Positions 16,024 through 25,657 of a stretch of DNA of 50,657 bases are shown piece by piece; the first letter of the stretch is position 1, and the number at the start of each line of letters is the position of its first letter. The position numbers and the translations under genes were made by a program. Source of the DNA: a virus (taxonomy: Duplodnaviria; Caudoviricetes); IMG/VR virus record IMGVR_UViG_3300043111_000068, positions 1 to 50,657 of that record; one strand, given 5' to 3'. Under the pieces are notes generated by a model. The model was not told the DNA's origin and did not search any database. It saw only the letters and a program-made list of their open reading frames with translations.

Positions 16024-19000
16024 CTAGGGAGCTAGATTGGTCAAACGCTTATACTCCCGCAGGAACCCGGCTTCAGTCTTATACATCGCTTCCTGAAGCT
16101 CTCTCTTCTTTGCCCCCTCAGCAGCCTCTATGTACCCACGATAAAGCTTGATCCGTTCTCTGTATTTCCGGGCTCGAGTTTCGTATCTCAACATCAGATT
16201 ATTCTCTTTGCGAAACTCGATCAATTCCTGCCGCCTGGACTCATACAATTTTGGATCTCGAGTGTTCTTGAGTTCGGCCAACTTGCGTCGATGCACTGAA
16301 AAAGTGTCACGCAGATCACGGTCAGCGGCCCAATACGCCTTGTTCATCTGATACCTGGGCACATTCCCGTAAAATCGTCGGGTCAGTCGGGCGTGTGGGG
16401 GTTGGTCAAAATACTCGCCCTTGGCTATCGCCCCGAGATTCCTGGGCAATTCCTCAGCAAAGAATTTTCCGAACCCGCCGGCATAAGTCTTTACCAGATA
16501 CTTCGCAGCCTGCGCTCCGTTCCATGCGGCTTTACCATCCTCGTCGTTACGCATGATGGTATCGCCCTTCCAGTCAGAATTGAAAGCCAAAGACAGGGGA
16601 ACCTGCGCTGCAGTCGGCAGAAGAAGCGACAGCGTGTTGTGGAGAGCCGATTCGCCGTCTTTAACCTGAACGCCGGACTGAATCGGAAAATAGTTCGTAA
16701 GACAAGACTCGTAAAGATTCGTGAGCGCGTTGAACCCCTCACCTATATTTCTTGAGTGCAGTAAACTCGATGCGGTCAAGCCGATATCAAAAATTGCTCC
16801 AAATCCATACGCTTTCGGCAGCATAACCTGATGATTCCCAGGCAGTGCCAGTACAATGTAGCTACGCTTTTTCCAGTTTTCCGTCTTACGCCACAAGTTC
16901 TCTTCGTCGTCATCATTTCCGGCCATCAAATAGTTAAGCTCGGAGATCAAGAACGCCCCGGCTACGATACTTCCAACAACCTTTTTGGCCTTAGCCGGGT
17001 TCTTTCGCATCAGCTTGAACATGATGGCCGGACCCTGGACGGACGCATTGTAGAACAGCTTATACGCATTAAGAAACTGACCAATGGTTCCCTTACGCGA
17101 AAAGTTTGTCGTCAGGTTCTTGGACAGGTCAATGGCCTGCTGCTCGCTCAAGCCAGCATCAAGACCCTGCTTGAATGCAGCAAACCGGACACCATTCTCA
17201 GACGAATCATTGAACAACCTGAAAACGCCCTCAATCTTGTCCCAGGACCGCAACCCCGCGCCCATCAAAGTACCTTCAGCATTCCTGAATTCTTTGTGGA
17301 GCGAGTCAACGACCTGGCCCACACTGGAAAAAGAGGAGTAACCAGTCTTCCCGCCCAGCTCAAGATATCTCTTGTAGAGAGCGTCTTCCTGCTTCCCGCG
17401 CTCGTGCCGGAAGATCGCCCTTACCGAGGCAGGTGTGGACTTTGCGACCTTTTTAGAAAAATCTCCGGCACTTAAGTTGCCAATATTGTCTCGAAGATTG
17501 AGGTTCCCCATAGCCTGGCCGAAGTCTCGGAAGAGGTTGGTCAGGATAAAATGAGGAAACAATGTCACGTTGACCATCGCCATTATTCGGTTGTGCGCCC
17601 CGAGAAACTTGACAGCCTTTCCAAGCTCTTTCGTTTCTTCTTTTCTGACTGCTCGTTTAAGAAACGGATTCTTGATATCGATAAAAAACTGTTCTCCGTC
17701 GATCCGATATCCAAGACATTGAGAAGTATCGACATCAGCAGGAAGGTTTTTCGAGTTAAATACCCTCATTATCTTGTCAGACTTGATAGCCTGCCCCAGC
17801 TTTCCGAGAGCGATAGCCACATAGTTGCGCTCTCCCCTGGCATAGGTGTTGTAAAGCTGATAGAAGGACCAGGAAAGAGGATCCTGTGCGTCAGAATGCC
17901 GCCCCTTGGAAGCTGCAGAGGCCTTGCCCATGACAGAGATAGCTGCAGCCCCAGGATCGCTAAAATCTTCATCAGATCGAAGCGGCACATATCGATCACC
18001 GTAGAGAGATTTCCAGTGGTTAATCGTCTTGCGTTTCTCAAGTCCATATTCAACCAACAGCTCGAGCCGAGCGTTATTGGCAGCATAAACCATCTGAGCG
18101 CACTCTTCGAGCTTATCTATCTTGCCGGTAGCCGTTAATCGCTCTAGTGTGGAGTCGATTTTTTCCTGATTCCAACCGGAAGCATCCTGGATCTGCCCTC
18201 CGCTCCTACCGGCCATCACCTTGTTTTTTGTACCAGCAAACATTGCATACAGATAATCTGAAAGGTCTGCCTGAGAGATTTCATTCTCGCGCATCTTCTT
18301 AAAGAGTGGCTGGTAATGTTTTTTTCGAGCCTCCTCGATCTGGTAATCGACAATAGAATCCTTCCGGCCCAGCATGGAGTGGGCATCCATTTCATCGGGC
18401 ACCGGTTCCCCAAACGTACCTTCATAGGCTCGCTGCAAGAGATCGAGAGAGCGGAAGTCATCCTGGGCAAGCCTGGCTATTCTGTCTCGAGTGCTCTCCC
18501 AGTAGCTTTCATACTCAAGCAGGCTCGCAGGCTTCCCTTCCACACCGCCGACTTTCCCAAATACCCGACGATTGAACAGTGTCGAAGGCCGAGCAACCCG
18601 AACATCAGTGCCCTTGAATCCAGCCATCATCATCTGCTTAATCTCAACCTTTGTAAGCTCACCCTTGAAGCCGAGCTTCCGGACTCCTTTCATCATCAAA
18701 TCTGCAAGCCGGATGAACCAGTTATCCAGGTAGGCATTCGATAACTGCATATCTTCGGTGATATCTGTCTCTTCAAGATACTGCGCCATGACTTCTTCAG
18801 CGGCTCTATGTAGGGTGTCGTTGTCGATCCCGGACAGGTCAGCTCGCTTTCCAAGAGCCCGTTCTTTAATCCCCTTGTCTTTCTGGTGGAGTATTCTATC
18901 TTCGGTAATATGCCCTTCACGGAAAAGAACAGCCTGGACCTCGTTGCCAAATTTCTGCACGACGAGATCAAGGACTTTACCGTATCCTTTCCCGAAAACC

Positions 19001-22000
19001 TTCTTCATCCCATGATGGCCAACTAGCTCATGGATTGCAGTTTTAAGCACATCCTGGATATCCGAGTGCATATCCCGGATAACATAGATTTCATTGTTTA
19101 TAGCAAATCCAGCAACATGCCCAAACTTGCCAGCAGCAATCAAGTGTTTTTTGATCGCTATGGGGATCTGGGTCACGTTATCCACAACATTGACCTTGAC
19201 CTTGTTCAGTCCCTTGGTCGTGAGCTGATTCTGCAGTCTGGTTACTGCTTGGACAGCTTCACCTATATCGACGTTACTCTGCTCAGGCGGGTGCATCCTT
19301 GTAGAATAATGAAGCTGCTCGCCGGTGTGGGGATTTATCCCGTAAATATCTTTCGCAGTATCCTTCCCGGCCATACGCAAAACCCAGGTATGCCGGTCGT
19401 TGATATTATAGGAATAATTCTTGATCTGCCCAAGAGCCCGCTCGAGAGACAGCTTGGTTCGCACATTATCAGAGATGACAAACGCCGTGTTGTCGAAGAT
19501 GACAACAGCTTTCTTGTTTACATCCGGGAAAGCGTCTCGAACTTCAACGGGAAGTCGATCAATAGATGAAAGCTCAACAGAGATTGGTTTCCCGTCTCGG
19601 TAAAACGAAACCATCCCGCTTAAGTCTTCAAAATACTGAACCATTGCCGCATAACTTGCAGCTTTGTCTGCTTCTCGAGCTTTGAGCTGCTTCGGAGTCA
19701 GATTGTCGTCGTTGAAGTTTCCTTTTTCAAGCGCATCCACAGAATCGACCAGCTTGGAACCGGCAGGAATAAAATTGATCGGCAGATATGTCATGGCATC
19801 TGCAGACTCTCCCTCATTCCCGGCCATAACTTTGAACTCGGTGATATTCCCTTCGGCATCCTTAACCTTGACTACTGCGCCCCAGCCGTTTGTTGATCGA
19901 CGATAGGACGTGACCATATTCAGCTCAGCCAGGGTATTCATTTCGGTTTGGGTCAGTGTGGGTGCGGTTTCCGTAGCACCCCCGTCAACAGAGTCCTCAA
20001 GTGTCCCTGTATCAGATTCATCAGGCATCCAGCCATCTTCAACAAAGGTCCGAAGGACTTTCTGAAGTTTTTTAAGAGACTTCCCCCCGGCAACAAGCCG
20101 CTGCCATGCAGTTTTTAAGGCTCCGAGTCGCAGCTTCCCGCCTTCTGTAAGGATATCACTTTTAAGATCTTCGTCGGCAGACTCGCGCTGGTCCTGTGTC
20201 ATTGTCTTGGTTTCACCCGTGACAATCTTTTCGCCCTTATCACCGTAGGCGGTGTTGACATTTTTGGCCAGGTTAGGATCTGTCTGCTGAGCCTCACCAT
20301 AGGAGTCCATCTCTCGTTTGATCTCTTTGGCATCTTCTTTTTCGATGTCGTTTTCTTTGCGCCAGTAATAAAGATCCTTTCGAGCTCGTTTCAGGTCAGC
20401 TTTGGCTTGAGCTTTTTCTTCTGAAGACAGTGTTTTATCTTCTATTCTGACAAGTGCATCATCAATCCTAGCCTGAATTTCTTCCCCTTCTTCTTCGAGC
20501 AGGTCAGCGTTTGAAACTTCACTTTCCCGCATCGCTTCTTTCTGCTCAAGAGTCGTGTAATCCTGCTCGAGCTGACCCGTTTCTTCAGCGGTCAAGGCAG
20601 TCTCGCCAAGCATTCCATCGGCACCAAGCACCCGCCGCATGATATCGGCCACTCCCCCAAGTGATTCAGGTCGATTCCCAGCCACGTTCAGGGTGTGAAC
20701 ATTATGCTCGACCAACCACTCTCGAAGCTGAGTTTCGTTCGGGTTGACAAAGCACGGCTTGTTGTTGATCTCACACTGTCTTATCGTAGCTCTTGTCCCT
20801 GGTGATTTGATATCACCTGCAAAAATAACCGTAGCATCAGAATCAACCACGTTCTTTCGGGTTCGAGAAGCATAATCTCGACTGCCATCTTCTTTCAGGC
20901 CAAAAGAATCTCTGAGAGAAAGATCATTCCCAGTGTCTGTCCTAAAACCTTTAGGGGCTGTACCCCCGGTCTCCACACCGGCCTGCTGCGCTATCTCAAG
21001 ACCAATGCGATCCGCGCCGGTCTGCCCGCCAGAAATAACCTTTGTCACGCGCGGCTGTGGAGTCCCCGCAATTTTTGTGACCACGGGCACTGCACTGTCC
21101 GGGCCTTGAAAAGCTACCAGATAGAACCCGTCCGTTCCCTTTACGATCTGCGCTCCGAGCGCACCTGGGTTCTTGCCGGGAAGAGAAGCGAGTGCATCCT
21201 GTTGTTGTTCGGAGGTTTCCAGGTTTACAAAATCAGACAAAGCCTTTTCATCCTGACCTGAAGGATCATAACTTTCACCTTCAACTGCAGGTTCTTGGTT
21301 CGGCAAAGAGGATTCCTGCTCCTGCTCCTGCTCAATCTCCATTGCGGTTGCATGGATAAGAGATCGCAGCCTGCGCGACGAACTCACACCCAGGACATCC
21401 GAAGGCTTAAACCGAATCTTCAAGTCTGAAGGAACGGCCTCTGTGAAATCCTTGGGATCCTCTCTCAATGTCTCAGCCGTAACATTGAAGAAATCTTCTT
21501 TTCCAGGGTTCGTTACGCGGACCCAACCTTGCTCACCGGTCTTGTCGTTAAAAACCTGCCTGGCAACAACCTTCAGCCTGAGCGTTCGACCAGGCATTAC
21601 TTCTTTATCGCCTCGGTCGGCAGAGTCCTTCTCAATAACGTAAATCTCACCCCGGATATCCGACTGAAGCATATCGTTAGGATGAATTTCTTCGAGCGAA
21701 TCAAACCTGGCCGGATCAATCTTGCGATTAGATATATCGATCGGATTCTTTTGAAGATTCCGAGGCTTGGTATTCGAGGCATCTCCTTTACCAAAAAACT
21801 GATTCATCTTCTCGATAAACTTGAGCGCACGAGACCGGGCCGAACCCAGATCCATCTCGGCATAGTGATCGGCGTTGCGCTGCCCCTGCTGCAACAAATG
21901 ATTTACTTGAGCAGCCGCGCGATACTCGAGAGATTCTGCTTCTTTGGCCAGCCCCTTGTCGTGAAGCTCCCGCTCCCTGACAAGAGTGTTGGCCACCCCC

Positions 22001-25000
22001 CAAGTTACCGGTGTGGACGACCCCGCATCTGGACCCCCCGCCTGCAAGGACTCTTTCACGGATTCCACAGCCTTGCGCCGCTCCTTCCGTAGTTCCTTCT
22101 CTTCTCCCGTATTTTTGAATGCCTTTTCTCTCCACCGGCCATAGACCTCGGCTACCTTGTCAACGAGGCTTCGGCGAACAACATCCCGCTTGCTCGGAGT
22201 AGTTTCGGAAATCTTTCCGTAGCTGATATCCTTTTGTGCCTGCAGATTGTATTCTGCCTGGAAACGCTCGTAAGACGTATCTCCGGGTTCAAGACTGCCT
22301 GAGTGTGGGTGTCCCTTCTGTCCAATGGAATTCGGTAGCCCCATCTTCCCGGGAAGGTCATACCGAACCCGCATCCTGGCCGGAAGTCCGGCTACGACCT
22401 TCCCCTCACTGCCGTCGATATACCCGGCATCATACAGCTTCTCGAGCCAGGGGATAAGTTCTTTCCTACGCGCAGCGCGGGATTGCTCCCGGCCCGATTT
22501 TTTTGGGTCAAGTCGGTAGGGTTCGATATACAGGTTGCCCGTCTGCTTGTCAGTGCGAGGGTGTCCATCCTTGTCTCTGTGAATGTCCAGACCGGCACGG
22601 CTCAGGTATGTGGCCAGAGTTTGAACGACATCGTTCTTTTCTTTCGCCTGCCACTTCTCGAGAGACAGGCCTTCTTTGCCGGAGGTCTCTGTTGTTCCAG
22701 CAGCAGAACGCCACCGAAGCAGTCTGCGATTGGCCGGACTATTCCAGGCCTCGTTCATCAAGTCGGAGATCGCTCTGGCAGGGTTGACCCCGTGCCAGTC
22801 TTTTTTTGCAAAGCTATCGACCAGGGTTTTCCCCTGACCTTTGACAAACATCTCAGTAAGCTTGTCCGGGTTCTCTCGGAACCACTGACGCCAAAGATCC
22901 TTGTATTCTTCATACAACTTCTCTTTGGACATTTTGGTCTTAGGGGGGTTCCCCTTGCCTTCTTTGGCCGACTTGTAGCCCTTGACGTCCATCTGATAGG
23001 CTTGCTCAATCGTCTTTCCACTTTTGAGCTTGGCATTGAAGGCAGAAAACTGACTGCCGAATTCGTCCCCTTGTGTGGACACTTCGATAGTGTCCACACC
23101 CTTGTCGTGGCCGAGCCCCCACTTTACATGCTCAACGTCTCGGTCCTTGCGGTTCGACGGCTTGACCAGCATGTCGGCCTCACCCATTTCCTCGCGGGGC
23201 ATGACAGCGTTTGCAATGGTATTCCGGTCTTCCGGTGTGATCGTGTCGAGGAGCGGAAAAGGATCGGTGATTTTGTCCTTGAAGTACGCAGGATCTTCGG
23301 GGATCGCGGCCCGGTCGGGCGCAACGGAAGTGTTGTCGTTTCCGCGCTCTCCGTACAGTTTGGCCAGGACTTCTCGGGGATCATATTTGTAAACGAGCTT
23401 GCCATCGACTTCTTCAGCAATGAATCCCAGGGAGCCGTTTTTCCGTCTCCGGTCGATCCAGCCCTTGGGAAGTCCGATTTGCTTGCTGACTTCGGAGGCT
23501 GTCAGTCTGCCGGCACCGTCTCCTACGAGATTGTTGACGGTATTGAAGATATCCTGCTCGATCTGTTCCAGGTTTCGTCTGAGTTTGGCTGCAGGATCTG
23601 CAGGCTGCTGTGTCGAAGAAATAACTTCGCCATTCTCGCCGTACTCTGTAATGGATGTGGTCTGAGGCTGGCCGGAGAGTTCTGAAATGGTTCGGGCCAG
23701 GTTATCCCGCTGTTTGAGAAGCCCTGCGACCTTGGGATTATCTTTGGCGAGTTCCCTTGCGAGGCGTTCTTCTTCAACCATTTCAAAGGCTTCGAGCACC
23801 TTGTTCACACCAGCCTGGCTCTCGTGATTCTTGCCGTCATTGGTGAGGAAGTGACCGAGTGTGGCCTGTGTTTTCTCAAGACCGGTGTCATCCAGCGCAC
23901 TCAGTGACTCGTCGTTCATTACGGTAGCCGTGAGGCCTGTAACAACCGACTCGTTCTTTGCGAGTTCGGAAGCCGGTGCGTCTTCGGTTTCAATGGCCGC
24001 CTGTCCTTCTTCCGAGTCGAAGTAAGAAACGGCCTTTTCAGCCACCTCTGTAGGCTCGCTGGTTTCCAGATCGGCAAGGGTGGGATAGATCGTTTGGGTT
24101 TCGGATTGCTCGAGTTCCGGTGTGACTTCTGCCTCACGATTCAAATCGCTTTCGAGCGTATCCTTAAAGTCGGCAGGGTCTCCGGAAGGAGCTATAGATT
24201 GTTCCATTTCCGGTGTGACTTCGGCCTCGCGATTCAGGTCACTTTCGAGCAGGTTGTTGAAGTCGGCAGGGTTTCCGGAAGGAGACTGTTGCCCAGAGGT
24301 GACACTATTGTCCGCAGAATAAGGATCGGTTTTTTCAGCGACAAGAGTTTTGGCGTTGTCGAAAATACCTTCTTGCTTACGAATGGATTCTGATTCTTGT
24401 TGCTGTCGGGGTTCTTTTGTTTGCGGGTTAGGAGTTTCTGAGCCTGTTACTTCTGGCTCCGAGGCCTTCGGCTTTTCAGTCGCCTCTTGAGCCGTCTTTT
24501 TCAGCTTGGCTACCTGCTCAGCCTGCGCTTTCTGATCAGCTTTTTTCTTGCGGCTTTCCTGGTATTTCTTGAGACCGGTCTTGGCGTTTGCCCCGCCGTG
24601 CAGAATTGCGGTCATAACGACTGTCTGTGGTCCCACACGCTTGCCCGCTTCCCAGGCATCAGCCGGGTTCCAGCCCAGAGCCTCGCCTTTCTTGGGGCCG
24701 ACAACTGTGCCCTCGGTGGCCCGATCCTGGCCGATTTCAGTAGCGGTTTCTGAAACAAGCTCACCGGATACACCACCGGCAAACCCAGCAGCACCGCGAG
24801 CGACTGCCTTCGTAGCTCCGGCACCAGACAGCCACTCCCCGCTCTTACCCAGGACCTTTTTGGCCGCCCCTGCCTTGAGTGCCTTAGGGAGAAACTTGGC
24901 CGCACCCAGTGAAAGCGTGGAGCCGATGACTTCACCACCTGCTTCCCAAAGGGCGTATTTGTTTGCAACGGAATTGAACCCGTCTCGCGCTGTATCCCAC

Positions 25001-25647
25001 TCGGCCTGCGTCATCTTGCGGCCAAGCTGGGCCTCTGTTTGGTGGCGAAAGTCACGAAGGATCTGGTTTTTCGCTATATTCACACCGGACGCAAGTGCGA
25101 TACCGGTCCCGAGTGCATACCCTCCGGCAGGAGTTGTATAGGTGCTGGCAGCCGTGCCAGCTACTAGACCTGCCCCTGAAGACGCCAGGGAGTAGGAGAG
25201 AGAGTCACCGATAGTTCCTATTGTGCGGTTCCAGGTATTGTCTCCCTGGTATTTTTCAGCGGCCCATTTATTGTATTTGTCGGCTGCACCGATGATCCAG
25301 TCGGCAACATTGTTCGAGGCAAACGGATCGTCGGAATCCTCAATGAGCATTGCTGCTTTGGCAGGCAGGTTGACCGCCGTACCCACAGCGGCAGAGGCGA
25401 GATCGAGCGGGAGCTGCAAAAAGCTGAAATCATCTTCTTTCTTGGCCGGACCTATTGAAGAAGCCGGCAGGCCGGCTCGAGGTTTGAGATAATCGGTTGC
25501 ATTGGTAGCCTGCGCCCAATCCTCGAAGGTCACGCCGTTTTTCTCGGAACCGGAAGAACGATATACCTGCTTGGCAATCTCGTGTGGATCCTTGTTCCCG
25601 AAGACGTTTTGATTCCGTTCAATGTACTGCTTAAAATCTGCAGGCAT
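16024..25647 (-). CDS. 3207-aa polyvalent (likely ejected) protein with HTH, NADAR-like?, cpYpsA/SLOG, zincin-like and LPD38-like regions
   Basis: KVISGGQTGAD...RTRKNVVDSDAT...LNVAGNR (SLOG); HELVGH (zincin-like); ENGVRF...NLTTNFSRKG...FYNASVQG (LPD38-like). Confidence 0.85.
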   Translation of the reverse strand: MPADFKQYIERNQNVFGNKDPHEIAKQVYRSSGSEKNGVTFEDWAQATNATDYLKPRAGLPASSIGPAKKEDDFSFLQLPLDLASAAVGTAVNLPAKAAMLIEDSDDPFASNNVADWIIGAADKYNKWAAEKYQGDNTWNRTIGTIGDSLSYSLASSGAGLVAGTAASTYTTPAGGYALGTGIALASGVNIAKNQILRDFRHQTEAQLGRKMTQAEWDTARDGFNSVANKYALWEAGGEVIGSTLSLGAAKFLPKALKAGAAKKVLGKSGEWLSGAGATKAVARGAAGFAGGVSGELVSETATEIGQDRATEGTVVGPKKGEALGWNPADAWEAGKRVGPQTVVMTAILHGGANAKTGLKKYQESRKKKADQKAQAEQVAKLKKTAQEATEKPKASEPEVTGSETPNPQTKEPRQQQESESIRKQEGIFDNAKTLVAEKTDPYSADNSVTSGQQSPSGNPADFNNLLESDLNREAEVTPEMEQSIAPSGDPADFKDTLESDLNREAEVTPELEQSETQTIYPTLADLETSEPTEVAEKAVSYFDSEEGQAAIETEDAPASELAKNESVVTGLTATVMNDESLSALDDTGLEKTQATLGHFLTNDGKNHESQAGVNKVLEAFEMVEEERLARELAKDNPKVAGLLKQRDNLARTISELSGQPQTTSITEYGENGEVISSTQQPADPAAKLRRNLEQIEQDIFNTVNNLVGDGAGRLTASEVSKQIGLPKGWIDRRRKNGSLGFIAEEVDGKLVYKYDPREVLAKLYGERGNDNTSVAPDRAAIPEDPAYFKDKITDPFPLLDTITPEDRNTIANAVMPREEMGEADMLVKPSNRKDRDVEHVKWGLGHDKGVDTIEVSTQGDEFGSQFSAFNAKLKSGKTIEQAYQMDVKGYKSAKEGKGNPPKTKMSKEKLYEEYKDLWRQWFRENPDKLTEMFVKGQGKTLVDSFAKKDWHGVNPARAISDLMNEAWNSPANRRLLRWRSAAGTTETSGKEGLSLEKWQAKEKNDVVQTLATYLSRAGLDIHRDKDGHPRTDKQTGNLYIEPYRLDPKKSGREQSRAARRKELIPWLEKLYDAGYIDGSEGKVVAGLPARMRVRYDLPGKMGLPNSIGQKGHPHSGSLEPGDTSYERFQAEYNLQAQKDISYGKISETTPSKRDVVRRSLVDKVAEVYGRWREKAFKNTGEEKELRKERRKAVESVKESLQAGGPDAGSSTPVTWGVANTLVRERELHDKGLAKEAESLEYRAAAQVNHLLQQGQRNADHYAEMDLGSARSRALKFIEKMNQFFGKGDASNTKPRNLQKNPIDISNRKIDPARFDSLEEIHPNDMLQSDIRGEIYVIEKDSADRGDKEVMPGRTLRLKVVARQVFNDKTGEQGWVRVTNPGKEDFFNVTAETLREDPKDFTEAVPSDLKIRFKPSDVLGVSSSRRLRSLIHATAMEIEQEQEQESSLPNQEPAVEGESYDPSGQDEKALSDFVNLETSEQQQDALASLPGKNPGALGAQIVKGTDGFYLVAFQGPDSAVPVVTKIAGTPQPRVTKVISGGQTGADRIGLEIAQQAGVETGGTAPKGFRTDTGNDLSLRDSFGLKEDGSRDYASRTRKNVVDSDATVIFAGDIKSPGTRATIRQCEINNKPCFVNPNETQLREWLVEHNVHTLNVAGNRPESLGGVADIMRRVLGADGMLGETALTAEETGQLEQDYTTLEQKEAMRESEVSNADLLEEEGEEIQARIDDALVRIEDKTLSSEEKAQAKADLKRARKDLYYWRKENDIEKEDAKEIKREMDSYGEAQQTDPNLAKNVNTAYGDKGEKIVTGETKTMTQDQRESADEDLKSDILTEGGKLRLGALKTAWQRLVAGGKSLKKLQKVLRTFVEDGWMPDESDTGTLEDSVDGGATETAPTLTQTEMNTLAELNMVTSYRRSTNGWGAVVKVKDAEGNITEFKVMAGNEGESADAMTYLPINFIPAGSKLVDSVDALEKGNFNDDNLTPKQLKAREADKAASYAAMVQYFEDLSGMVSFYRDGKPISVELSSIDRLPVEVRDAFPDVNKKAVVIFDNTAFVISDNVRTKLSLERALGQIKNYSYNINDRHTWVLRMAGKDTAKDIYGINPHTGEQLHYSTRMHPPEQSNVDIGEAVQAVTRLQNQLTTKGLNKVKVNVVDNVTQIPIAIKKHLIAAGKFGHVAGFAINNEIYVIRDMHSDIQDVLKTAIHELVGHHGMKKVFGKGYGKVLDLVVQKFGNEVQAVLFREGHITEDRILHQKDKGIKERALGKRADLSGIDNDTLHRAAEEVMAQYLEETDITEDMQLSNAYLDNWFIRLADLMMKGVRKLGFKGELTKVEIKQMMMAGFKGTDVRVARPSTLFNRRVFGKVGGVEGKPASLLEYESYWESTRDRIARLAQDDFRSLDLLQRAYEGTFGEPVPDEMDAHSMLGRKDSIVDYQIEEARKKHYQPLFKKMRENEISQADLSDYLYAMFAGTKNKVMAGRSGGQIQDASGWNQEKIDSTLERLTATGKIDKLEECAQMVYAANNARLELLVEYGLEKRKTINHWKSLYGDRYVPLRSDEDFSDPGAAAISVMGKASAASKGRHSDAQDPLSWSFYQLYNTYARGERNYVAIALGKLGQAIKSDKIMRVFNSKNLPADVDTSQCLGYRIDGEQFFIDIKNPFLKRAVRKEETKELGKAVKFLGAHNRIMAMVNVTLFPHFILTNLFRDFGQAMGNLNLRDNIGNLSAGDFSKKVAKSTPASVRAIFRHERGKQEDALYKRYLELGGKTGYSSFSSVGQVVDSLHKEFRNAEGTLMGAGLRSWDKIEGVFRLFNDSSENGVRFAAFKQGLDAGLSEQQAIDLSKNLTTNFSRKGTIGQFLNAYKLFYNASVQGPAIMFKLMRKNPAKAKKVVGSIVAGAFLISELNYLMAGNDDDEENLWRKTENWKKRSYIVLALPGNHQVMLPKAYGFGAIFDIGLTASSLLHSRNIGEGFNALTNLYESCLTNYFPIQSGVQVKDGESALHNTLSLLLPTAAQVPLSLAFNSDWKGDTIMRNDEDGKAAWNGAQAAKYLVKTYAGGFGKFFAEELPRNLGAIAKGEYFDQPPHARLTRRFYGNVPRYQMNKAYWAADRDLRDTFSVHRRKLAELKNTRDPKLYESRRQELIEFRKENNLMLRYETRARKYRERIKLYRGYIEAAEGAKKRELQEAMYKTEAGFLREYKRLTNLAP
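24104..24284. repeat. Two-copy 93-bp in-frame duplication
   Basis: PSGxPADFxxxLESDLNREAEVTPExEQS twice. Confidence 0.85.
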
Positions 25648-25657
25648 GGAGGCCTCT

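Noticed and set aside
22483-23685. Long antisense ORFs (also 2807-3760, 29604-30446, 46619-47455, 48900-49592)
   Set aside because: Shadows of well-supported genes on the opposite strand; no motifs or SDs
16024-25647. Virion RNA polymerase (N4 or crAss type)
   Set aside because: No DxDGD/DFDID or T7-like polymerase motifs found by eye
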